From assembly GCA_965279035.1 (NCBI GenBank), contig OZ257142.1:3264001-3328000 (forward strand): a stretch of DNA of 64,000 bases. The letters run 5' to 3'. Below, piece by piece: positions 54,833 to 64,000 of the stretch; the first letter of the stretch is position 1, and each line of letters starts with the position of its first letter. The notes under the pieces were generated by a model, which searched no databases, was not told the DNA's origin, and saw nothing but the letters and a program-made list of their open reading frames with translations. The DNA is from Bacteroidia bacterium. GTDB taxonomy: Bacteria > Bacteroidota > Bacteroidia > M30B66. The position numbers and the translations under genes are program-made.

Positions 54833-57028
54833 ATGAGAAACATCCTGCTATCAGTCCTTTTCATCATCTTATCTGTTTATACAAAAGCCCAAAGCACGCA
54901 GACAATACTAGCTCTTGATCGGAATGATGGGTTGCCTGTATACAATCTTGATTCTATTTTGCTTGATTTTCCGACAGTTGGTGGCTTTAATTACATGCAA
55001 GGAGGAGCTATTGATTTAAACCTTGATGGCATTCAAGATTTGGTTTTATTCGACCGAACAGGTGATCGTATTTCCCCCTTTATTTACACTGGCACTGTAG
55101 GAAATCCAGCATATACCTATAATCACAGCCTAGTATATTCTTTCCCCGAATTGAATAATTTTTTAATCATTAAAGATTTTAACTGCGATGGAAAAGCAGA
55201 TCTATTTACCTATGAAAACAGTGGTTTTAAAGTCTACAAAAACATTAGTACGGTTTCTACTGGGTTAGCTTTTGAATTGTACACCGAGAGTTTACTATCG
55301 TTTTACAATCCAGCAACATTGGCTATTTTTTGTATCCCTGTTGATGTTCCAGCGATTGAAGACATCGATAATGATGGTGATGTTGATTTATTGGTTTTTG
55401 GCTTTCTTGGAACCTGTACCGAATATCATCGCAACATGGCTATGGAAAATTTGGGCCGCTGCGATACGTTGATCATGAAGCTCGAGAGTGACAATTGGGG
55501 AACCTTTACCGAAAGCTTTTCAACCAACGATGTGGTTTTGAACGATAGCTGCGATCATCCGGGCGGAAAAAATACAGCTGTTCGTCATGCTGGCTCTACC
55601 ATGCTGGCTTATGATGCTGATGGTGACGGAGATAAAGATTTGTTGTTGGGTGATATTTCCTACCGAACAATGACACAACTCACCAATGGAGGAACTAATT
55701 TATTAGCACACATTACAAGTTCCCAAACTCCTTTTCCTGCCAATACTCCCTATATTAATGTCCCTGTTTTTCCTGCTGCATTTTATATTGATATCGACCA
55801 TGATGGCTTGCGCGATTTGATGGTTAGTCCCAATAACGAAGGCGGCTCCGAAAATCATCAATGCATTTGGTATTATAAAAACATTGGAACCAGCGACATT
55901 CCTCAATTTTCCTTTATAAAACGGACGCTCTTTTTAGATCAATCGCTCGATTTTGGTGAAGGATGCATGCCCGTTTTTTTCGATTATAACAATGATGGAT
56001 TAAGTGATATTGTAATTGGAAACTATGGCTATTTTCAGCCTAATGGAACTTACAAATCAAAATTGGCCTTATTGAAAAACATCAGTGTAGATGAAAACCC
56101 TCGATTTCAATTGATCAATGAAGATTATGCAGGATTGGGTTTACTTAACGAGACATCAACCAATTATCATCCAACCTTTGGCGATATTGATGGTGATGGT
56201 GATCAGGACATGCTTACTGGAAATTCGTTAGGACAATTATTTTATTTTATCAATACTGCCGCTCCTGGCAACGAAGCTAACTTTGTATTTAATAGTTCCA
56301 ATTTTCAAAACATCGACATTGGAACTTTTTCTGCTCCACAATTGGTGGATGTAGATGTAGATGGTTTGTTAGATCTTTTGATTGGCAGTCGTGAAGGTCG
56401 TATTCATTACTACCGAAATACAGGAACGCCAACATCCATGAACCTTGAACTAGTTACTACATCCTTTGGAAATATCTTAACAGCAATTGATGGTGATCCC
56501 AATGGATTTTCCACACCAACGCTATTCAGGAAAAGTGGTGTATCGTATATTATCTGTGGAAGTGTTAGTGGATTATTTCAATTGTATAGTGGCATAGATG
56601 GAAACTTGGATGGGGATTTTATACTTGAAGATTCGGTGTTTTTGGGTAATCGTGATGGTGAACGGACGAGTATTAGTTTAAAAGATCTCAACGGAGATGG
56701 TTATCCAGAAGCTGTTACAGGGAATTATGCTGGTGGAATCAATTTTTATTCTGGCATTTTTCCAAGTAAACTTTCGTCTGATAATAAAACGAATTCTACT
56801 TTTCTCATTTTCCCCAATCCAGGTAAGACAATCTCCATTCGAACTACAGGAGAAAGCATTCAACTGATTGATGTAATCGACATTCAAGGAAAACTGGTGC
56901 ATACTCAAGCTGGAAGTCATCTTCCAACAATCACTTTGTCAAATTCCAACTTCAGCCCGGGTATGTATTTCGTTCGTGTACAAGGAAAAAGTAAAACCGA
57001 AGTGTTCAAATGGATTTGTCAACCCTAA
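54833..57028 (+). CDS. FG-GAP/VCBS repeat T9SS type-A cargo protein
   Basis: Repeated DxDxDGDxDL; IFPNPG CTD. Confidence 0.9.
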   Translation: MRNILLSVLFIILSVYTKAQSTQTILALDRNDGLPVYNLDSILLDFPTVGGFNYMQGGAIDLNLDGIQDLVLFDRTGDRISPFIYTGTVGNPAYTYNHSLVYSFPELNNFLIIKDFNCDGKADLFTYENSGFKVYKNISTVSTGLAFELYTESLLSFYNPATLAIFCIPVDVPAIEDIDNDGDVDLLVFGFLGTCTEYHRNMAMENLGRCDTLIMKLESDNWGTFTESFSTNDVVLNDSCDHPGGKNTAVRHAGSTMLAYDADGDGDKDLLLGDISYRTMTQLTNGGTNLLAHITSSQTPFPANTPYINVPVFPAAFYIDIDHDGLRDLMVSPNNEGGSENHQCIWYYKNIGTSDIPQFSFIKRTLFLDQSLDFGEGCMPVFFDYNNDGLSDIVIGNYGYFQPNGTYKSKLALLKNISVDENPRFQLINEDYAGLGLLNETSTNYHPTFGDIDGDGDQDMLTGNSLGQLFYFINTAAPGNEANFVFNSSNFQNIDIGTFSAPQLVDVDVDGLLDLLIGSREGRIHYYRNTGTPTSMNLELVTTSFGNILTAIDGDPNGFSTPTLFRKSGVSYIICGSVSGLFQLYSGIDGNLDGDFILEDSVFLGNRDGERTSISLKDLNGDGYPEAVTGNYAGGINFYSGIFPSKLSSDNKTNSTFLIFPNPGKTISIRTTGESIQLIDVIDIQGKLVHTQAGSHLPTITLSNSNFSPGMYFVRVQGKSKTEVFKWICQP

Positions 57029-57278
57029 TTTTGAATTTCGAGTTTTTAATCTCAAATCTTGGTAACATAAGAATTCAATCAATTTTTTTGAATCAAATCC
57101 CATCTCCTTGATTTTGACTATTTAACAATCAAAGTTCTATTTCCGTTTCTTGATTTTTGGTATTTGTAATTGTCGGACTGACACTTTGAATTTTTAATAA
57201 TTTTTAGGGAATTTGAAGAAGGAACTGGAGGAGATTCCTCTATTTTTGCCGGCTTAATTAACGACAAGAGTTTACCCG

Positions 57279-58418
57279 ATGGATTTCCAGTTGAACGAGA
57301 ATCAGAAGATGATTGCAGAAATGGTGCGTGATTTTGGCGATAAGCACATTCGTCCGCACATGATGGAATGGGACGAAACACAGCACTTTCCGAGAGAAGT
57401 ATTTACAAAACTGGGAGAACTTGGATTGATGGGCGTTTTGGTTCCTCATGAATATGGGGGAGCTGGATTTACCTATACAGAGTATGTGACAGCAATTACC
57501 GAATTAAGCAAGATTGATCCATCCATTGGACTTTCGATGGCAGCTCATAATTCGCTTTGCACGGGACATACACTTGCATTTGCGAATGAAGAACAAAAGC
57601 GTAAATATCTACCCAAATTAGCAAGTGGCGAATGGATTGGTGCTTGGGGATTGACAGAACCCAATACCGGTTCGGATGCTATGCGTATGAAATGCGTTGC
57701 TCAACAAGATGGAGATTATTGGGTGATTAACGGAACAAAATGCTGGATTACGCATGGTATCAGTGCAGAACTGGCAGTGGTAATAGTTCGTACTGGTGAA
57801 TTATTAGATTCTCACGGTATGACTGCTTTCCTGATAGAGCGAGGAACACCTGGCTTTATGGCTGGAAAAAAAGAGAATAAATTAGGCATGCGTGCTTCCG
57901 AAACAGCCGAGCTCATTTTCGATAATTGCCGCGTTCACAAAGACCAAATTTTGGGAAAAGTGGGTGATGGATTTATTCAAGCTATGAAAGTGCTCGATGG
58001 TGGAAGAATTTCCATTGCTGCCTTATCACTTGGTATTGGAAAAGGAGCGATTGAAGCTTCTATTAAATATTCTAAAGAACGTGAACAATTCGGTCAGCCG
58101 ATCAGTAATTTCCAAGGAATCAGCTTTAAATTGGCAGAGATGAGCACACGGTATGCAGCCGCTGAGCTTCTGACTTTTTATGCTGCCGACTTGAAAAACC
58201 GTGGACAGCGCATGACAACCGAATCGGCTATGGCAAAACTTCATGCTTCCGAAATGTGTGTTTATGCATCCAATGAAGCCGTTCAAATTCACGGTGGATA
58301 TGGTTATACCAAAGATTTCCCGGTAGAAAAATACTATCGCGATTCGAAACTATGCACCATTGGAGAAGGAACTTCTGAAATTCAGAAAGTTGTTATTGCC
58401 AAAAATATCCTTCAATAA
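57279..58418 (+). CDS. Acyl-CoA dehydrogenase
   Basis: [40 protein letters not shown]. Confidence 0.97.
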   Translation: MDFQLNENQKMIAEMVRDFGDKHIRPHMMEWDETQHFPREVFTKLGELGLMGVLVPHEYGGAGFTYTEYVTAITELSKIDPSIGLSMAAHNSLCTGHTLAFANEEQKRKYLPKLASGEWIGAWGLTEPNTGSDAMRMKCVAQQDGDYWVINGTKCWITHGISAELAVVIVRTGELLDSHGMTAFLIERGTPGFMAGKKENKLGMRASETAELIFDNCRVHKDQILGKVGDGFIQAMKVLDGGRISIAALSLGIGKGAIEASIKYSKEREQFGQPISNFQGISFKLAEMSTRYAAAELLTFYAADLKNRGQRMTTESAMAKLHASEMCVYASNEAVQIHGGYGYTKDFPVEKYYRDSKLCTIGEGTSEIQKVVIAKNILQ

Positions 58419-58436
58419 AAGGATCTTCGTTTCCCC

Positions 58437-58475
58437 CAAAAAGCCGCATTTGCAACTCGCTCATGCGGCTTTTTG
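58437..58475 (+). terminator. Intrinsic terminator
   Basis: CAAAAAGCCGCAT...ATGCGGCTTTTTG. Confidence 0.8.
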
Positions 58476-58750
58476 CATTTTCCTTCGAACAGCCTTTTCG
58501 AACTCTTAATTTTAATTTGGTGTAACCCTCGAAGGTTACATAAATCCTGATTTAAGATTTTAAGCTAATTCCAGAATTTAATTACAAATTAAATTCTTAC
58601 ATACATATGATTACCAGACATTTACGGCTATTTCTATTAGAGTAATGCTTAAAATTATTTCAACAAAATCGTTTTCTCTTACATCTGCTCCATTCCTTAT
58701 TTTATTGGAATTCTGAGGCGGACTGGGCTTTCTAGGTTTGCTATGCACCA

Positions 58751-59482
58751 ATGTGTAGCATTATGAAACGAACATTACCTTGCATTTTTATGGGACTTGT
58801 CGGCAGCCTTGTCGTACGTTCCGAACTCAGTGCTCAAACTGAACCTGCAAATCAAAATCCGATTGCATTCGATAATAAGTTGAATGATATTGATTTATTA
58901 GCAGAATTAAACGAAGAGTACAGCGCTCCCAAAGCGAAAACACCTGCAAAGTCAATGGATTTAGAGATTAAAGTCTCTCGAATTCATGTTGATTTAAAGA
59001 AGGAAAAAACAGTCGAGTTTTCGGCTCGAACAGCTTGGGCAACCGATTTCGTTTGGAAATTTGGCGATGGAAGTACCATGAGTGGTTTCCAGCATGTAAA
59101 ACATGAATTCCAAAAACCAGGAAAGTATGAAGTTGTTTTGCTGGCGAGCAACAAGGATCATTTAGCCAAACAAACGATCCAAATTGAAGTTGCCGACAAC
59201 TCGATTCCACTTGAATTGGAAGAAATGGAACACTACATCGTTTTTCCATCGAACAATAAATTGGAAGCAGATATTCAGCTTAAACTTCCTCGCAGAGAAA
59301 AACATTTACTGCTCGAAATTAAGAATGTAGAAGGTGAACGTGTTTTTGAATACGAGATAGGAAAAGTCCGTAAAAAAGAAATTATTCACGTTGATCTTCA
59401 AAATTTGGAAGCAGGTAAATACTATGCTGTTTTGAAAGGAAAGAAATACAGTTTGGTAAGTCGCTTAACGGTTGCTCGCTGA
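58751..59482 (+). CDS. PKD domain protein with CTD-like C-terminus
   Basis: WKFGDG...H.F.KPGKYEV.L; LEAGKYY. Confidence 0.85.
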   Translation: MCSIMKRTLPCIFMGLVGSLVVRSELSAQTEPANQNPIAFDNKLNDIDLLAELNEEYSAPKAKTPAKSMDLEIKVSRIHVDLKKEKTVEFSARTAWATDFVWKFGDGSTMSGFQHVKHEFQKPGKYEVVLLASNKDHLAKQTIQIEVADNSIPLELEEMEHYIVFPSNNKLEADIQLKLPRREKHLLLEIKNVEGERVFEYEIGKVRKKEIIHVDLQNLEAGKYYAVLKGKKYSLVSRLTVAR

Positions 59483-60286
59483 AATATCTTTTCTAAATCC
59501 TTCAAATACGCCCAATCCAAATAAGGCGTAATCGTACTTCACCGGATCTACCGGATCGAACTGGCGCAGCATGTTGGTTAATTCCTCCGCTGCTTGCCAA
59601 TCGTCCTGTTTCCGTTGAAGAATTCCCAATTTACGAGCAACACCACCCGAATGCACATCGAGTGGACAAATCAATTGATCAGGCCGAAATACCTTCCAAA
59701 TTCCGAAATCCACTTTTCGATCATCGCTTCGAACCATCCATCGTAAATACATGTTGATACGTTTGGAAGCAGAGTTTCGTGATGGATCAGAAATATGTTT
59801 TGCCGATCGTGTTGAACTTTCTTCACCCAAAAACAGGTTTCGGAATTGAACAATTCCCAGCTTGACATCTCCTTCCGGATTTCGAAACAGGTTTTCCAAG
59901 GAATCATATTGTAGTAGAACTCGTTTCAAGGAGCGCAGAAAAAACACACAATCAGTTCCATTAAACGTCCGGTGGACAAAAGATTCAAAGGGTTTCAAAT
60001 CTGCTTCGCTGAAATTTCGAATAAATTCTTCAGGTGAATTATCCATCCGATCGAGCAGCCAATTCGCATTGCGTATGAGAGTAATGCGTTGTCCCCAAGC
60101 GATTGTAGCTGCCAAAAATCCAGCAATCTCAATATCCTCTTTGCGAGTAAAGCGATGAGGAACTGAAATTGGATCGGATTCTATAAACTGAGTTCTGTTA
60201 TATAGATCCGCTTTCTCATTGAGTAAATCTTGAAGTTCTGCTCGAGAAAAAGGCTCAGGATTCTTCATCATCACCCCAAAAAACAT
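59465..60286 (-). CDS. TIGR02757 (DUF2400) family protein
   Basis: DPISVPH, KRINMYLRWMVR, PLDVH, DPVKYDYALFG. Confidence 0.92.
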   Translation of the reverse strand: MFFGVMMKNPEPFSRAELQDLLNEKADLYNRTQFIESDPISVPHRFTRKEDIEIAGFLAATIAWGQRITLIRNANWLLDRMDNSPEEFIRNFSEADLKPFESFVHRTFNGTDCVFFLRSLKRVLLQYDSLENLFRNPEGDVKLGIVQFRNLFLGEESSTRSAKHISDPSRNSASKRINMYLRWMVRSDDRKVDFGIWKVFRPDQLICPLDVHSGGVARKLGILQRKQDDWQAAEELTNMLRQFDPVDPVKYDYALFGLGVFEGFRKDISASNR

Positions 60287-60875
60287 CTTCGTTTAAAACT
60301 TCCCACGAAGATTCTTCGGGAGCATTGGGTAATGCGTTGATTGCTTCGATTAACTCTTCATGCAATTCTTCCTGCAAGAGCGCATGTTCAACCGCATCCA
60401 CATCACCCGTATAATGGAAAAAAATACGATTCACTTTTTCATCCCAGAGTTTCTTAATCATCTCTGACGAAATCTTTTCGCCTTCGGGAGTTTGAAGATC
60501 ATTTAATAAATGCTCCAAGATGTTTTGCTTATCGGTTGAAACTACCCAGAAAATGGTGTAGCATTCTCCAAATAATTCACGATCGCTCGATTCATTCGTC
60601 AAAGCAATGGGCATATCATCAAACTGAAAATGACCGGTTTTAAGATCTTCTTCACTGAATTTGTATGCTGCTTGTTCGCGTGCTTCGCGAGTTTCAAGAA
60701 GATGTGGAATAGGAAGCATCACACAAAGTTCTTGGTACGATGTAGCCCAATGTGCTTCATCAAACTGAGAAATTCGATTACCCAATCGAGCAACCGATTG
60801 AATGCGTGTATTTTTTAGAAGAGCAAAACCAGGTAGCTCTTTGTCGGCAAGGAATTCAAAAAATGGTGTTATCAT
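60255..60875 (-). CDS. Hypothetical protein
   Basis: 206-aa acidic ORF overlapping its neighbour. Confidence 0.7.
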   Translation of the reverse strand: MITPFFEFLADKELPGFALLKNTRIQSVARLGNRISQFDEAHWATSYQELCVMLPIPHLLETREAREQAAYKFSEEDLKTGHFQFDDMPIALTNESSDRELFGECYTIFWVVSTDKQNILEHLLNDLQTPEGEKISSEMIKKLWDEKVNRIFFHYTGDVDAVEHALLQEELHEELIEAINALPNAPEESSWEVLNEDVFWGDDEES

Positions 60876-60956
60876 ATCGCTGGGCTAAATTACCAATTGA
60901 ATTAGAATATCGAATTTTGCTTCAAACTTTTCTCAAAGCGGTTTGTTGGGGTATTT

Positions 60957-61391
60957 ATGAATTTGATTTTATCGATTTTCATTTTGACGATGGTTCAAGG
61001 AGCATATTTACCTGAAGGAAATTCTTCTATGCAATTAGAGATTCAAGGACTGCGCAATACAAAAGGACATGTTTTAATTGCCATTTTCAAATCGGCCGAT
61101 GGATTTCCAGATGTCTCAGATAAAGCCTTTCGAAAAGAACGACTTGTGCCCGTTGTTGGAAAAATGATGGTCGAGATAAAGAATCTTCCCGCAGGAAATT
61201 ATGCCATTGCGCTTGTTCATGATGAGAATGATAATATGCAGCTCGACACTGGTTTATTTGGGATTCCAAAAGAAGGATTTTGCTTTTCGAAAGATGCAAT
61301 GGGCACATTTGGTCCACCTTCGTTTGAGTCGGCAGCTATTGTACACAATCAAAATTCAACTTCCTATAAACTCAATGTAAACTATTGGTAA
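60957..61391 (+). CDS. DUF2141 family protein
   Basis: GNYAIALVHDEN.N..LD...G.PKEG..FS...GPPSF. Confidence 0.9.
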   Translation: MNLILSIFILTMVQGAYLPEGNSSMQLEIQGLRNTKGHVLIAIFKSADGFPDVSDKAFRKERLVPVVGKMMVEIKNLPAGNYAIALVHDENDNMQLDTGLFGIPKEGFCFSKDAMGTFGPPSFESAAIVHNQNSTSYKLNVNYW

Positions 61392-61411
61392 GGACTTGTT
61401 GAATTAGTATA

Positions 61412-62563
61412 TTGGCAGCACAAAACTGCTACATGAAAATCAATTTCCTTCCTGCATTCTTTACCATTATTGCTTTCCCTGTATTAGCTCAGGTTACGGT
61501 AACACAATCCGACATGCCTTCGGCGGGCGATACTTTACGCTTTAGTGTTGGAGCAACAGCAGGAATTGATGCCGGTGCTGCAGGTAGTAATCAGGTTTGG
61601 GATTTCAGTAATTTGCAATCATCATCACAATATGTGGATGATTTTTTATCAGTTAACTCCACATCATTTTCCTACATAGCAACTTACGGATTGCCTTTCA
61701 GTAGCAGTTATTCCGATATGGGGCGTTTAGATAATTCGGCATTTCAGATACCTACCATTCCAATTCCAGGGTTTTCATTAAGTATCACTGACGTATATAA
61801 TTTTTACAAAAGCAATGCAGCTGATTTCTCTCAAAAAGGATTTGGTGCAAGTATAAATGGATTCCCAATACCAATTCCTTACAGCGATTCGGATGTATTA
61901 GTTCCACTTCCATTAACATCTTCAAGCACGAGCACATCACCATATAGTTTCAATATTCAAATTCCATCACTCGGATATTATGGTCGTGAAGCCACTCGAA
62001 ACAACGTAGTAGATGGATGGGGAACACTTACAACTCCTTTCGGTACGTTTCAAACATTACGCATTCGTTCCGAATTGGTTTATACCGATACCATTGCGGT
62101 AGATCAATTAGGATTTGGCTTTCAACTCCCTCAACAAACAGAAGTAAAATACAAATGGCTCGCTCCCGGCTACGGTTGGCCACTCCTCGAAATTACAGCT
62201 ACCATTATCCCATTTGTTGGAACAGAAACCATCAGCCGAGTTGTATATCGCGATCATGCTGTTGACCAAACTGGAATCAATGACCAACAAAGCCTTACCG
62301 ATGTAATGATTTATCCAAATCCTGCTTCGGATGTTGCAGTTGTAAAATCAACACTTTCTTCGGCTTCGCCAATGGAATATTCAATTCTTGATGCTACAGG
62401 TCGTTGTTTAATGCAAGTGAAACGTGGAATTCAAGCTTCCGGTCCGTGTATGGAAATTCTTCCTTTGCGCCAATTAAACCTGTCGGATGGTGTTTACTTC
62501 GTTAAAATCCAACAAGGAAGTGCACATCCAGTAGTTCGACCATTGCTTGTTCATAACCAATAA
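61412..62563 (+). CDS. T9SS type-A cargo protein
   Basis: G.NQVWDFS, DGWGTLTTPFGTF, IYPNPA CTD. Confidence 0.88.
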   Translation: MAAQNCYMKINFLPAFFTIIAFPVLAQVTVTQSDMPSAGDTLRFSVGATAGIDAGAAGSNQVWDFSNLQSSSQYVDDFLSVNSTSFSYIATYGLPFSSSYSDMGRLDNSAFQIPTIPIPGFSLSITDVYNFYKSNAADFSQKGFGASINGFPIPIPYSDSDVLVPLPLTSSSTSTSPYSFNIQIPSLGYYGREATRNNVVDGWGTLTTPFGTFQTLRIRSELVYTDTIAVDQLGFGFQLPQQTEVKYKWLAPGYGWPLLEITATIIPFVGTETISRVVYRDHAVDQTGINDQQSLTDVMIYPNPASDVAVVKSTLSSASPMEYSILDATGRCLMQVKRGIQASGPCMEILPLRQLNLSDGVYFVKIQQGSAHPVVRPLLVHNQ

Positions 62564-62620
62564 GCACAGCGCTTCGTAGAAGCATTCTAGAGGGTAATTT
62601 TGTTCAAGCCTTCTTCAAGA

Positions 62621-64000
62621 ATGCATACATTTACTATTCGAAAAATTCATTTCTTCCTTTTTCTTTTTTGCCTGAGTTTTTCAATCCTTAAGGCAGATGG
62701 AGGCGCTCGCTTTGAAGAAAATAAAGGCCAATGGCCTAATCACGTTCAATTCAGAGCCGATATTCCGGGTGGAGCATTATTCATCGAACAAAAAGGACTC
62801 ACCTATCATTTCCAAAAAAGCAGTAACGAAGGCCATCAACACAATCAAAATGGCAATGAAACTGAGGAATTGAAGGGACATGTTGTTCGAATGAATTTCC
62901 TCAATGCGAACGAGAAAGCAATTTCATCGGGAGATAAAGCCTTACCGTATTATTCTAATTATTTTATCGGGAACGACCGCCGGCACTGGGCTGGAAATGT
63001 AAAATCGTTTGAACGCATTGAGCGAAAAAACGTGTATTCTGGAATTGATTGGATCGTTTATTCGAATGCGAGTGGATTGAAATACGATTTCATTTTAGAA
63101 GCAGGAGCCAATCCGGAAAATATACAAATGCAATATGCCGGAACAGACAAGATGCGCTTGGTAGAAGGTAAATTAAACATCCTCACTAGCCTTGGAAAGC
63201 TCGAAGAAAATGCACCAATCGCATGGCAAGAAATAGATGGCAAACGTGTTTTCGTGGATTGTCGATTCGAATTGAATAATAACATCGTTGGTTTTAAACT
63301 GGGGAAATACAAGAAAGAATTCCCATTAATTATCGATCCTCAATTGGTTTTTGGAAGTTTTTCGGGCTCAACAGCCGATAACTGGGGCTTTACCGCAACA
63401 TACGATAATGCTGGAAATACCTATTCGGCAGGAGTTGTATTTGGAGTTGGTTATACTACCGTAACGGGAGCATATCAACAAAACTTCAATGGTGGTAGTG
63501 GTTCTCGCCCTTGCGATATTGGTATTATCAAATACAGCTCGGCGGGACAAAGAATGTTTGCCACTTATTTAGGTGGAGCAGGAAATGAAATTCCACAAAG
63601 TTTAATTGTTAGTTCGAACAACGAATTGTTTCTTTTTGGGACAAGTGGATCGAGCGATTTTCCTACAAGTTCAACAGCTTGGCAACGCGTTTTTGGTGGT
63701 GGATCGGAAGTCAATATTTTAAATAACGGAATTAAATTCCCGAACGGAACAGATTTATTTATCAGTCGACTTTCAGAAAACGGTACTCAACTTCTTGCCT
63801 CTACCCTCTTAGGTGGTTCGGGAAATGATGGATTAAATACAGCATCACAATTACGTTACAATTATGCCGATGAAGCCCGCGGAGGAATTGTGATAGATGC
63901 ACAAAACAATGTGTATGTTGGTTGCAGCACTTCATCGACCGATTTTCCAGTTCCGGGAAATGCCTTTCAATCGACCTATGGTGGTGGAACACAAGACGGC
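62621..64000 (+). CDS. SBBP-repeat secreted protein, truncated by the window
   Basis: Manual translation: signal, FEENKGQW, YSNYFIGND, LKYDF, LIIDP, TYLGG repeats. Confidence 0.88.
   Translation, partial: MHTFTIRKIHFFLFLFCLSFSILKADGGARFEENKGQWPNHVQFRADIPGGALFIEQKGLTYHFQKSSNEGHQHNQNGNETEELKGHVVRMNFLNANEKAISSGDKALPYYSNYFIGNDRRHWAGNVKSFERIERKNVYSGIDWIVYSNASGLKYDFILEAGANPENIQMQYAGTDKMRLVEGKLNILTSLGKLEENAPIAWQEIDGKRVFVDCRFELNNNIVGFKLGKYKKEFPLIIDPQLVFGSFSGSTADNWGFTATYDNAGNTYSAGVVFGVGYTTVTGAYQQNFNGGSGSRPCDIGIIKYSSAGQRMFATYLGGAGNEIPQSLIVSSNNELFLFGTSGSSDFPTSSTAWQRVFGGGSEVNILNNGIKFPNGTDLFISRLSENGTQLLASTLLGGSGNDGLNTASQLRYNYADEARGGIVIDAQNNVYVGCSTSSTDFPVPGNAFQSTYGGGTQDG

Noticed and set aside
532-63992. 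Many short ORFs antisense to or overlapping long genes (e.g. 4303-4563, 8713-9003, 35812-36060, 54083-54409, 63058-63312)
   Set aside because: Shadow frames of well-supported genes with no motifs of their own

Overview
AT-rich Bacteroidota-type DNA (T9SS C-terminal domains, fused SecDF, TAnnTTTG-like promoters) in four parts. (1) 1-21442: the right arm of a tailed prophage, almost all on the minus strand. It carries a CI/Cro-like switch, an initiator tRNA-Met, ParB, a replication protein, an S49 prohead protease, capsid and tube-like genes, a PLD-like nuclease, terminase, a RadC/ArdC cassette and a three-gene secreted T9SS type-B cassette. It ends at a tmRNA-like 3' fragment (att site). (2) About 21.5-33.2 kb: a second island with no integrase, made of T9SS cargo genes including a 2253-aa protein, and closed by a second tmRNA-like remnant. 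(3) 34013-40191: a composite transposon bounded by a MITE and an IS982 element. It has an 8-bp target duplication, splits a gene, and contains a tandem IS4 pair. (4) 41-64 kb: an amino-sugar/glycosylation cluster followed by ordinary core genes (tatD, tcdA, tatA x2, secDF, acyl-CoA dehydrogenase, T9SS cargo). All calls come from motif recognition by eye; no database searches were run.
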